DNA of 64,000 nucleotides from Escherichia phage MN04: the sequence record MT129654.1; one strand, written 5' to 3'. Made by a program: the position numbers and the translations under genes. The notes under the pieces were generated by a model that saw only the letters and a list, made by a program, of their open reading frames with translations, did no database searches and was not told where the DNA came from. Of the stretch, positions 1-8,398 are shown piece by piece. Position 1 is the first letter of the stretch, and every line of letters begins with the position of its first letter.

Positions 1-1097
1 AAGACTTTGTAATCCAAGAAACCGATAATGTTTCGATGGCATTTACTCCTTCTCCGGACGGGTTCCGTCAACTGACGTATGTAAACAATATCCATACTAA
101 GAACGGTGGTCACCACGTTGAATGTGTGTTTGATGATATCTGTGAGCACCTTCTGCCTGGTATTAAAAAGAAATATAAAGGAATCGAAGTAACTAAGGCT
201 CGTGTTAAAGAATGCCTTACTATGGTAATGTTCATTCGTGATATGAGCAATATGCGTTTTGATTCGCAGACTAAAGAGCGATTAACCTCTCCGTTTGGCG
301 AGATTCGTAACCATATCCAAATTGATGCTAAGAAAATTGCAACGGCTATTCTTAAGGTCGATGGGTTGATTATGCCTATCGTCGAAGCCGCTTTAGCACG
401 TAAACTCGCTGCCGAAAAAGCCGCCGAAACAAAAGCTGCTAAGAAAGCTTTGAAAGCCAAGGTCCATAAGCATATTAAAGCCAATATGTATGGCAAAGAT
501 GCTGATACGACTTTATTCCTTACGGAAGGTGATTCTGCAATGGGTCCTTTCATTGAAGTTCGTAATAAAGACCTCCAAGGTGGTTATCCGTTACGCGGAA
601 AGGTTATGAATACCTGGGGTATGACTGCTGCTGATATCATGAAGAACAAAGAATTGTTTGATATCTGTGCAATCACTGGACTGGTTATTGGTGAACCTGC
701 AGATAAAACCAACTATCGTAATATCGCTATCATGACTGACGCCGATGTGGATGGTACTGGTTCGATTTATCCTTCGTTATTAGCTTTCTTTAGTCAGTGG
801 CCGGAATTGTTTGAACAGGGACGAATTCGTTTCTGTAAGACTCCTGTAATCATTGCTCAGGTTGGTAAAGAACAGGAATGGTTCTATGATGTACCTAGTT
901 ATACCAAAGCTAAGGACTCTCTACCAAAACATTCCATTCGATATATTAAAGGTTTAGGTTCTCTTGAGAAAGCTGAATATCGTCGAATGATTCAAGACCC
1001 TAAATTTGATGTGGTTCAATTACCTGAAGATTGGAAAGAACAGTTCGAAATGCTCCTAGGGAATGACCCACAGCTGCGTAAGGCTTGGATGTCATAA
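1..1097 (+). CDS. 39: DNA topoisomerase II large subunit (GyrB-like, unsplit 39+60 form), 5'-truncated at window edge
   Basis: Reading frame open from window start; TOPRIM motifs EGDSA and IAIMTDADVDGTGSIYPSLL; C-terminus resembles T4 gp60 end; sits upstream of rIIA. Confidence 0.85.
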   Translation, partial: DFVIQETDNVSMAFTPSPDGFRQLTYVNNIHTKNGGHHVECVFDDICEHLLPGIKKKYKGIEVTKARVKECLTMVMFIRDMSNMRFDSQTKERLTSPFGEIRNHIQIDAKKIATAILKVDGLIMPIVEAALARKLAAEKAAETKAAKKALKAKVHKHIKANMYGKDADTTLFLTEGDSAMGPFIEVRNKDLQGGYPLRGKVMNTWGMTAADIMKNKELFDICAITGLVIGEPADKTNYRNIAIMTDADVDGTGSIYPSLLAFFSQWPELFEQGRIRFCKTPVIIAQVGKEQEWFYDVPSYTKAKDSLPKHSIRYIKGLGSLEKAEYRRMIQDPKFDVVQLPEDWKEQFEMLLGNDPQLRKAWMS

Positions 1098-1139
1098 TAA
1101 ATACGTACGGTACATGAGTACCGTATAAAAGGAGACTTT

Positions 1140-1301
1140 ATGAGAAAGTACTGGGTTACGCTCGTCACAGGTGAATATGGTTATCTCTGGACAGATACAC
1201 GTCCTCTTTTTGCAGAGTACGTTACTATCACAGTTGAAACATGGGACGGCGAAGTTTACCAAACCCGTGGTCAAGTTTATAGAGTCGATTCAAGCAACTA
1301 A
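1140..1301 (+). CDS. hypothetical small protein (53 aa)
   Basis: ATG with AAGGAG Shine-Dalgarno upstream; followed by terminator hairpin; below track size cutoff. Confidence 0.3.
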   Translation: MRKYWVTLVTGEYGYLWTDTRPLFAEYVTITVETWDGEVYQTRGQVYRVDSSN

Positions 1302-1304
1302 TTA

Positions 1305-1326
1305 AGGGCCGCAAGGCCCTTTTTTG
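1305..1326 (+). terminator. rho-independent terminator
   Basis: AGGGCC-GCAA-GGCCCT hairpin followed by TTTTTT. Confidence 0.6.
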
Positions 1327-1328
1327 GG

Positions 1329-1358
1329 GTTTACAACAGATTAAAAGTGTGATACGAT
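1329..1358 (+). promoter_or_regulatory. early-type promoter (GTTTAC -35, weak -10)
   Basis: GTTTAC + 17-nt spacer + TACGAT; precedes ORF at 1377. Confidence 0.3.
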
Positions 1359-1376
1359 TCTCTAAGAGGTGAGAAT

Positions 1377-1700
1377 ATGATTATGCAAGATAATAGTATA
1401 GTGAACACTGGCAACTTGGCTTTGTCTTTTATGGAGACCGCAATTCGCAATTGTAAAGACGAAGGAGTAGTGATTACAAGCGGCAAGGGACTAGAATATC
1501 TCAAGGCTGTAAAATCTATTGCCTTAAAGATTAAAGATAACCAGGCGCTCTCTCCTGTTGTCCAGGAAAAGGTTCTAGAGATATTGTATCGCCACAGAGA
1601 GCACAAAAGTACAATGGGTTCTATGAGAAGAATTCTGGCTGAACTAGGTTCTACCAGAGAATATGTTCAACATGAGGTAGTTAAAAATGACAAACTTTAA
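1377..1700 (+). CDS. hypothetical early protein (107 aa)
   Basis: ATG with AGAGGTGAG SD; downstream of early-type promoter. Confidence 0.4.
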   Translation: MIMQDNSIVNTGNLALSFMETAIRNCKDEGVVITSGKGLEYLKAVKSIALKIKDNQALSPVVQEKVLEILYRHREHKSTMGSMRRILAELGSTREYVQHEVVKNDKL

Positions 1701-1890
1701 AGTCAACATTGATTTGTTTGATAAAGCTGTCCACAAAGAATTCCGGCTAATCCAGAGATTTTTTGATATCAATGCAGCTGAAGATTTTAAAGAACGCTTT
1801 AAAGAAATCAGATATAAAATACTCAACGACATCGCTACTAAGGAAGAGCTCCTTGAAGTAGCAGATATTTTTAAACGTAACCTGAATTGA
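1687..1890 (+). CDS. hypothetical protein (rIIA.1 position)
   Basis: ATG-initiated ORF overlapping upstream stop; position immediately before rIIA. Confidence 0.4.
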   Translation: MTNFKVNIDLFDKAVHKEFRLIQRFFDINAAEDFKERFKEIRYKILNDIATKEELLEVADIFKRNLN

Positions 1891-1897
1891 GAAAAAT

Positions 1898-4108
1898 ATG
1901 ATTATTGAAACCGAAAAAGAACAAATCATTGGCAACGGCTCTAAGTCCACAGGATTTACTATCCAGGCTTCGCCTAAGGTCTTTAAAATTCTTTCATCAG
2001 ACCTTTATAGTAATAAGGTACGTGCCGTAGTTCGTGAACTAATTACCAACATGATTGATGCTCATATTCTGAATGGTAATAAAGAACGTTGGAAAGTACA
2101 GGTTCCTGGTAAGCTCGACCCTCGCTTTGTGTGCCGTGATTTCGGCCCAGGTATGAGCGATTTCCAGATTCGTGGTGATGAAAACGAAACCGGTTTGTAT
2201 AACTCTTATTTCGCATCATCTAAAACTGCTTCTAATGATTTCATCGGCGGCTTTGGCCTTGGTTCAAAATCTCCGTTCAGTTATACCGAAACGTTTAATA
2301 TTACCTCATGGCACAATGGCGAAGTTCGCGGTTATGTAGCTTATATGGATGGTGATGGGCCGCAGATTAAACCTACTTTCGTAGAACCTATGCAGCCAGG
2401 TGATAAAACAGGTATCGAAATCACGGTTCCTGTCGATGAAGAAGATTTCCGTAAGTTTGAAACTGAAGTTCGATATATCATGCGTCCGTTCATTGGACTT
2501 GGCGATGTTGACGGTGTTGAAGTTGATTATTTCCCTGAATTTGAAGACTACTATCCTGTAACCACTACAAATTATGGCAGCTTCGAACGTTCAGGACTTT
2601 ATGCAGTTTATGGTGGTATTGTTTATCCATTGGATTCTGCTTATAATAAAGGCACATGGATGCGTACTCGCCATGATGTAGTTTATATTAAGTTCCCTAT
2701 GGGTTCGCTGGATATTGCTCCGTCTCGTGAAGTGTTGTCTCTTGATAAACGTACGATGGAAAATATTGCAACCCGTATCGAAGCACTGGATGCAGTGGTC
2801 TTTAAAAACGATACACAAGAATGGGTTGAATCTGATAATCCACGCCATGTTTATCGCGACCTTTCTAACCTTGGTTACAGTGCTCGTGACTATCTTACCA
2901 AAAAAGGTGGGACTAGCCTGTTTACTACAGAAAAATTGACATATGAGAAATTATACCAACGTTACACACTTCAAAACGACCTTATTAATTTAGGTGTGGT
3001 TTACGAAATCGTTTCAGACCCACGTTTGAAACGAATTAAGCCGAGTGGTAATACTTCTTCGGTGGCAGGACTTAGTAGCCTATTAGGCATTAATAATAAA
3101 GAAATCCATATTGTTTATGATGATGAAAAGGGTCGTGTGCCACTAGTTCGAGGACTTTGGGCTCTGGCAATGGACAACAGTGCTTCGGCTAAGAAAATTG
3201 TTAAAGAGAACAATATTCCTAAATACGGAACCGACCTTATTTTTGTCGACCCAAATTCAATGCTGCAAATGCAACAACTTGAAAAGGTTAAAGAACTTTT
3301 TAAAGGTGACACTATTCATTTTTATAAAGTCTCTGAACTGAATAAAATTGTTAAGCCATGGATTCCGGTTACTGTCCGTTCATCAGAACCTCGTCCTAAA
3401 ACACCAAGTGCTTATCGTTGGTTCATTAAAGACGGACGTTGGCAACAAGAGACCTTGTACTTAACTGCTGCAGAAGCAGAAGAAATTACAGGGTACGTAT
3501 TGTTTGGTAGTCGTTCTGATATCATGGGAATGGACGAAGCTTATGGTATCTTTGACATCAACACCACTACCATGTGTCGTATGGCTAATTTGATTGGTGC
3601 TACCGAATTCCATATCATTCGTCCTCAAATTGCCAAAAAGATTAAAAAGTTAGGCCAATGTGAATGCTTGATGGAAACCACGTTAGAAGCTTATGCCCAA
3701 GCCTTAGACGAAGTAGATGTTGACGATTACCTTGGTAGTAACACCCGTGCAAGATATTATCTTGAAATCATTGCCAAGTTCCCTGAGCTAGGTTTCATGA
3801 CCAAGTATTTCAGTGATAAGCCGGTGTCTGAAGCATATACTCGTCTGAGCAATTTCTATGATATATTCCGTTATATGAATTTCCATGGCTATATCACTGA
3901 TGACAAGCTTTCAGTTATCAAGAAAATTTGTAACACGACGTTCTATACGTTAACCGAAAATGCTTCAAGTAACAATGATAAAATGACTATACAGTTTGAA
4001 TCTGATTACCATTTAGTTTCGGACTACATGTATCGTCGTGGAACATCCATTACCGAGGCTTCTGTAGCTCAAATCGTTAAATTCATGAAAGCCGTGGAAG
4101 CGGCTTAA
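1898..4108 (+). CDS. rIIA: rIIA membrane-associated protein (lysis-inhibition / rapid-lysis locus)
   Basis: 736 aa; N-terminal MIIETEKEQIIGNGSK...RELITNMIDAH ATPase-like region recalled for T4 rIIA; synteny. Confidence 0.9.
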   Translation: MIIETEKEQIIGNGSKSTGFTIQASPKVFKILSSDLYSNKVRAVVRELITNMIDAHILNGNKERWKVQVPGKLDPRFVCRDFGPGMSDFQIRGDENETGLYNSYFASSKTASNDFIGGFGLGSKSPFSYTETFNITSWHNGEVRGYVAYMDGDGPQIKPTFVEPMQPGDKTGIEITVPVDEEDFRKFETEVRYIMRPFIGLGDVDGVEVDYFPEFEDYYPVTTTNYGSFERSGLYAVYGGIVYPLDSAYNKGTWMRTRHDVVYIKFPMGSLDIAPSREVLSLDKRTMENIATRIEALDAVVFKNDTQEWVESDNPRHVYRDLSNLGYSARDYLTKKGGTSLFTTEKLTYEKLYQRYTLQNDLINLGVVYEIVSDPRLKRIKPSGNTSSVAGLSSLLGINNKEIHIVYDDEKGRVPLVRGLWALAMDNSASAKKIVKENNIPKYGTDLIFVDPNSMLQMQQLEKVKELFKGDTIHFYKVSELNKIVKPWIPVTVRSSEPRPKTPSAYRWFIKDGRWQQETLYLTAAEAEEITGYVLFGSRSDIMGMDEAYGIFDINTTTMCRMANLIGATEFHIIRPQIAKKIKKLGQCECLMETTLEAYAQALDEVDVDDYLGSNTRARYYLEIIAKFPELGFMTKYFSDKPVSEAYTRLSNFYDIFRYMNFHGYITDDKLSVIKKICNTTFYTLTENASSNNDKMTIQFESDYHLVSDYMYRRGTSITEASVAQIVKFMKAVEAA

Positions 4109-4122
4109 TCTAAGGAAATATT

Positions 4123-5091
4123 ATGTACAATATTAAATGTCTATCCGAATCTGAACAGGTTGAAATCGTTAAGTTATATATTTCTGGTAATTATACCCAA
4201 CAAGAACTAGCCGACTGGTATAGTGTATCAGTTGATACAATCCGCAGAGTTTTGAATAACCATAAAGAAGCAGGACAAGCACAAGTGGTTATTACCGGAA
4301 ATATTACGGTAACGGTTCCTAACGAGCCTCGTGTAGTTCCGGTTGAAGTTACTATTGGTGGCTCTCGTCCGGAAATTATCTGGAACGCCAGTTCTAAATT
4401 CGTATCCATCACTGAAGGTCGTACAGTATGGAATACTACTAATAAGAACAAACACTTTGATGCCATCGTACAGGCCCTTAAAGAATCCCGTTTTGATGAT
4501 GCGATTAAACTGATTTCCATTAAAGAAGCTGTTAAGGCTTTCGTTAAAGGTAACGTTCGTATTGAAGGTGGACGTCTGGTTTATCAAGGTATCGAATTGC
4601 GTTCAGGGTTGATTGACCGTATTATCACCTCAATGGAAAATGGCGAAGATTTTGAATTCTACCTGCCGTTCCTTGAGAATCTGTTAGAAAACCCAAGCGA
4701 AAAAGCTGTACAGCGTCTGTTCGACTTCCTGGTCGCGAACGATATCAAAATCACTGAAGACGGCCACTTTATCGCATGGAAAGTTGTTAATTCCGATTAC
4801 ACCGACTGCCGTACTGGTACGTTTGATAACTCGCCAGGTAAGCCAGTTAAAATGCCTCGTTCGCGTGTAAATGATGACGACGAAGTAACTTGTTCAAGTG
4901 GTCTGCACGTTTGCTCTCGTAGCTATATTGGTCATTTTGGTAACTCTAACTGTAAAGTAGTTTCATGCAAAGTTAACCCGCGTGATGTTGTTAGTATCCC
5001 AGTTGATTATGGTGATGCTAAAATGCGTGTATGTTATTATGAAGTTCTGGAAGACGTCACTGAACAGTTCGCAAACGAATACAAATACTAA
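4123..5091 (+). CDS. rIIB: rIIB protein
   Basis: 322 aa; N-terminus MYNIKCLSESEQVEIVKLY resembles T4 rIIB; directly follows rIIA. Confidence 0.9.
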   Translation: MYNIKCLSESEQVEIVKLYISGNYTQQELADWYSVSVDTIRRVLNNHKEAGQAQVVITGNITVTVPNEPRVVPVEVTIGGSRPEIIWNASSKFVSITEGRTVWNTTNKNKHFDAIVQALKESRFDDAIKLISIKEAVKAFVKGNVRIEGGRLVYQGIELRSGLIDRIITSMENGEDFEFYLPFLENLLENPSEKAVQRLFDFLVANDIKITEDGHFIAWKVVNSDYTDCRTGTFDNSPGKPVKMPRSRVNDDDEVTCSSGLHVCSRSYIGHFGNSNCKVVSCKVNPRDVVSIPVDYGDAKMRVCYYEVLEDVTEQFANEYKY

Positions 5092-5129
5092 ATCAATAAA
5101 CGGAGGCTCCGGCCTCCTAAGAGGAAATT

Positions 5130-5327
5130 ATGTTAGATTACCAAGCACGTGTAATTGATGAATATGCCCAACTGGTCTTGAAAATTAATGCACTTGAAGA
5201 GTTTATTAAAGGCGTCGTTTTTGAAACTCTTGATATCCGTCAACAAGGGTTACTGATTGCACAACTGGATGCAATGGGTGCATATGCTCATTGTTTAGAG
5301 GTTCGTATTTCTTATTTCGGTGAGTAA
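5130..5327 (+). CDS. hypothetical protein (65 aa)
   Basis: ATG 8 nt after GAGGAAA SD; preceded by GGAGGC hairpin. Confidence 0.35.
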   Translation: MLDYQARVIDEYAQLVLKINALEEFIKGVVFETLDIRQQGLLIAQLDAMGAYAHCLEVRISYFGE

Positions 5328-5328
5328 A

Positions 5329-5646
5329 ATGATTAATTTCATGAACGTCGGCGACGAAGATATCAAAGATAGTTATCTCCAAGGTAATCATGTGGCCGAT
5401 AAGGTTTATTGTGTGGATGTAATCAAATCTGATAAAGCTACAGGCCATCTTTTTGCAACAGATGTGATTTTCGATTCAGTTGAAAACCTTAAAAAATTAG
5501 ACCACAGTAAATTGAGTGAAAACTCTCGTATCTATTTTGGTAATGTTCACGTCGAAGAATTGTATATTGGTGGTGATTATGAATCCGTCAAATCCGGGAC
5601 TAGTTCGACTGTCGAAGATGCCGACATTTACCCTGAAGACATCTGA
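5329..5646 (+). CDS. hypothetical protein (105 aa)
   Basis: Track ORF starts at GTG 5320; first ATG at 5329 used. Confidence 0.35.
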   Translation: MINFMNVGDEDIKDSYLQGNHVADKVYCVDVIKSDKATGHLFATDVIFDSVENLKKLDHSKLSENSRIYFGNVHVEELYIGGDYESVKSGTSSTVEDADIYPEDI

Positions 5647-5659
5647 TTTAACGGGTGAA

Positions 5660-6136
5660 ATGAAGGTCAAGATTAAGGATACCGTATTGTATTCCTTAAG
5701 CCAGGACCCATCCCAAGATAAGAAAGAAGTATTGACTCGGTGTGTTATTGCAACGTATGCAGAGTACATGGTGGCTGATTGGTTGAAAGGATATGTCAAC
5801 AGTGGTCTGGAAGACCATGACGACCCTTATACCTACGCCTGGGACGTTTTAGCCCATCCTATGTACTGTGGACTACGTGTAGAGGTCAAGACCCACCAAT
5901 CTGATTCTAAGTGGATTTCCTGCACTACAGGATACTCAGGTGACTTCCCTTATGGAACAGGGATAAACCTAGGACCGCTCTTGAATCATAAAGTTGCAGA
6001 CTGTATAATTATATTCGACACTTCAGTAAATGAGGCAGGCGACGTCCTGTTCACTCCTAAGTTCTCTGGTGACAGAGAATCCATCAAAAAGCTAGTCCGT
6101 AAGAGTAATTACAACGGCTGGTATCTCGCCTTATAA
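5660..6136 (+). CDS. hypothetical protein (158 aa); occupies the T4 denB position but no nuclease motif verified
   Basis: First ATG in track ORF 5516..6136 with GGGTGA SD; positional inference only. Confidence 0.3.
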   Translation: MKVKIKDTVLYSLSQDPSQDKKEVLTRCVIATYAEYMVADWLKGYVNSGLEDHDDPYTYAWDVLAHPMYCGLRVEVKTHQSDSKWISCTTGYSGDFPYGTGINLGPLLNHKVADCIIIFDTSVNEAGDVLFTPKFSGDRESIKKLVRKSNYNGWYLAL

Positions 6137-6150
6137 TTTTAAAAATAAGT

Positions 6151-6180
6151 GTTTACATACACCATGGATGGTGTTACTAT
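6151..6180 (+). promoter_or_regulatory. early promoter cassette (GTTTAC, TACTAT-like -10, palindrome ACACCATGGATGGTGT in spacer)
   Basis: sigma70-like spacing; shared downstream core CCTATCAACTA. Confidence 0.5.
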
Positions 6181-6211
6181 CTTCCTATCAACTACATGAG
6201 AGGAAAACAAA

Positions 6212-6472
6212 ATGGATATCAAATTATATTACGCTAAACACAAAGTTACGGGTAAAGTTGTTGCCGCAATGTACGATGCATCAGGTGAAGATGTTATTAC
6301 GGAATTATCCCTTTCTAATTGTAGATTTCTTCGTCCTTTGATAGCGTCAAAAAAAGATTTACAAAAACTTATCGACGGTAAATTAGATAATGTCGATGAT
6401 ATAGATATCCATTATGAACTCCGCCATGCACTGAATGATGGGTTTATGGAAATAAAAGAGCTAGTATTATGA
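6212..6472 (+). CDS. hypothetical early protein (86 aa)
   Basis: ATG after GAGAGGAAAA SD, downstream of early promoter at 6151. Confidence 0.4.
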   Translation: MDIKLYYAKHKVTGKVVAAMYDASGEDVITELSLSNCRFLRPLIASKKDLQKLIDGKLDNVDDIDIHYELRHALNDGFMEIKELVL

Positions 6473-6562
6473 GTAGCAAAATGTGGTGCCTTATTTGGAT
6501 AGCCTGTATCCCAGTGATTTGCGTATGTTTTAGTTTATTGTTGTGGAAATTGGCATAAATCA

Positions 6563-6614
6563 GTATACATCTCCATTAGACATGATATTATAGACCTATC
6601 AACTAATGGAGATG
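6563..6614 (+). promoter_or_regulatory. early promoter cassette with long-range inverted repeat covering the SD
   Basis: GTATAC, 17 nt, TATTAT; arms CATCTCCATTAG 6568-6579 and CTAATGGAGATG 6603-6614. Confidence 0.5.
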
Positions 6615-6617
6615 ATT

Positions 6618-6728
6618 ATGAAAAACTTACTTAAAGCAATTTGGAACATGTTTGTGTTATTGGTTGTATTGAGCATTTTCCCAATAGTTTTTATGATTGA
6701 CCATGTACGTGTATTCTTTAACTTCTGA
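6618..6728 (+). CDS. hypothetical small membrane peptide (36 aa)
   Basis: ATG after GGAG SD; hydrophobic core FVLLVVLSIFPIVFMI; below track cutoff. Confidence 0.25.
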   Translation: MKNLLKAIWNMFVLLVVLSIFPIVFMIDHVRVFFNF

Positions 6729-6738
6729 GGAAAATATT

Positions 6739-6885
6739 ATGGGTAATCGAATTTATAAAGTAAAGTTGCATGGTAAAGTGATTACTACCGTTAGTTTTAA
6801 TTTTTATATCAGCGCTGACTGCGCCCGCGATATCCTCATCGAGGAAGGATATAGCGAATACATCCAAATTGAAGAAGTTCTTTAA
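6739..6885 (+). CDS. hypothetical protein (48 aa)
   Basis: ATG preceded by TGAGGAAAATATT cassette; track start 6697 is non-ATG. Confidence 0.3.
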   Translation: MGNRIYKVKLHGKVITTVSFNFYISADCARDILIEEGYSEYIQIEEVL

Positions 6886-6901
6886 TTCTGAGGAAAATAT
6901 T

Positions 6902-7126
6902 ATGAAACTTTTTAAAGATATCGCAGTTGGTGAAAAATTTGTCTTAGGTAATGGTCAACAATTGATTCGCATTTCTCCTTTAATGGATAATAGTGAGCGG
7001 CCCATTCGTACTGAAAACTGTTTGGATTATCCTTTTTATCAAAAGCGTTTTGCTATTGAAAATAATACCGAGTGTTTCACGGTTGATGAACTGATGGAAT
7101 TATCAGAAGAAGTCGACTCTGAATAA
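6902..7126 (+). CDS. hypothetical protein (74 aa)
   Basis: ATG preceded by TGAGGAAAATATT cassette; track start 6869 is TTG. Confidence 0.3.
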   Translation: MKLFKDIAVGEKFVLGNGQQLIRISPLMDNSERPIRTENCLDYPFYQKRFAIENNTECFTVDELMELSEEVDSE

Positions 7127-7140
7127 TTGAGGAAAATATT

Positions 7141-7485
7141 ATGTCTAAAGTATTTTTTGGTAATTCTAAAGTTATGTTCTTTGAGCAACTCAGTCTTAAA
7201 GAGGCATTGGCAGCCTTCAATCAAGAACTGGTTACTGGGTTAGATTCAAAAACTATGGCAAGTGCGGATTTCGTTTTCGTTCAAGACCCGGATACAGGGT
7301 TTTATCGATTCATCAAATTCCGTATGAGCATGGACCCTGACTATCGTAGTGCTTACTATGTGAGTTACGAAAATGTTATCGAAGAATTACGTGATACCTA
7401 TGGACGTGCTTTGAACCCACTGAATAAGGTTTATAATGCGTCCTTTTATACGAGCGGATTTATTTTAGAACAGCTACAAAAATAG
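7141..7485 (+). CDS. hypothetical protein (114 aa)
   Basis: ATG preceded by TGAGGAAAATATT cassette. Confidence 0.4.
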   Translation: MSKVFFGNSKVMFFEQLSLKEALAAFNQELVTGLDSKTMASADFVFVQDPDTGFYRFIKFRMSMDPDYRSAYYVSYENVIEELRDTYGRALNPLNKVYNASFYTSGFILEQLQK

Positions 7486-7513
7486 TTTACAACCTCGAGA
7501 ATCATGTTATAAT
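7485..7513 (+). promoter_or_regulatory. early promoter of ndd (GTTTAC, 17 nt, TATAAT)
   Basis: Perfect consensus hexamers; CGAGAA/TTCTCG inverted repeat flanks the -10. Confidence 0.6.
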
Positions 7514-7562
7514 GGTTCTCGTTGACTGGATAACAAAACATTAATCTACTGAGGAAATTGAT

Positions 7563-8012
7563 ATGAATACTTATATGACTCGCGGTAACGTTCTGTCTGC
7601 TGGTGCTACTACTGTTGCTTATGTTAAGAATGGCGAATACCAAAATGGTAAGCCTTCTAAAGAAATCTCAGCCCAGCCAGGCTTCTACTTCTTTGTTAAA
7701 GGTGAAGCAGATTCTCGTGTCGTAGCCGCTCGCTTTTATGTCGGCAACCAACGTTCAGCTCAAGGTCTTGATGGTATTGTGGCTAACATTCGTAAGAAAC
7801 GTTCGCAATCAGCTCGTACTATGGCTGTGAATGGTGTAGTGTATGAAGTTCTTTATGTACCTGCTTCTAAAATGAAACCACTGACTACAGGTTTTGGTAA
7901 GGGTCAAATTGCAATGGCTTTCACTCGCAACCATAGTTCCGACCTTCAGACCCTGGAAGAAATGAACCGCATGTTGGCTGATAACTTTAAATTCGTTCTG
8001 CAGGCTTACTAA
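7563..8012 (+). CDS. ndd: nucleoid disruption protein Ndd
   Basis: 149 aa; C-terminus [18 protein letters not shown]...[20 protein letters not shown] matches recalled T4 Ndd; TATAAT early promoter upstream. Confidence 0.85.
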
Positions 8013-8089
8013 TGAGCAATTTCCATAACGAACATGTGATGCAGTTCTATCGTAACAATCTTAAAACTAAAGGCGTCTTCGGACGCTAA
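8012..8089 (+). CDS. stp: Stp peptide (activator of host anticodon nuclease in T4)
   Basis: 25-codon [28 protein letters not shown], near-identical to recalled T4 Stp; start overlaps ndd stop (TAATG). Confidence 0.7.
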
Positions 8090-8099
8090 TGAGGAAAAT

Positions 8100-8261
8100 A
8101 TGATTATCCTAGTTTTTATTGAACTTATTATGGCTATGGTTTGTTCAGTTTGCTTCTTTTTAGGTGTATGGACCCCTGGTCCGGTATTCTTAAGTTTTCT
8201 GTTTATTGGCTGGGTTCTTTCTACTTTTGTCGGTTTACTTAAGACGATTAAAAATGATTAA
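8100..8261 (+). CDS. small hydrophobic membrane protein (ac-like by position)
   Basis: 53 aa, ATG after GAGGAAAA SD; sits between stp and gene 52 as T4 ac does; identity not verified. Confidence 0.35.
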   Translation: MIILVFIELIMAMVCSVCFFLGVWTPGPVFLSFLFIGWVLSTFVGLLKTIKND

Positions 8262-8394
8262 GAAAATCTTGGGCTACTCGGTAGCCCTTGCTGCTTTATT
8301 GGTAGCACTGTATTATGGAGTAATATTCGGTCTTATCCAAGTTGTGCTTTTTATTTCCGATGTTATTATGGTTATTCATTCACTAGTATGGTAA
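8254..8394 (+). CDS. small hydrophobic membrane protein (46 aa)
   Basis: First ATG within track ORF 8206 (TTG start); predicted transmembrane stretch. Confidence 0.3.
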   Translation: MIKKILGYSVALAALLVALYYGVIFGLIQVVLFISDVIMVIHSLVW

Positions 8395-8398
8395 AATT

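Noticed and set aside
110-553. Antisense ORFs inside well-supported genes (for example 110-553, 2591-2848, 4191-4587, 14873-15055, 20356-20553, 26213-26716, 55536-56231)
   Set aside because: They lie opposite or out of frame within long conserved genes, lack ribosome-binding sites, and are typical chance ORFs.
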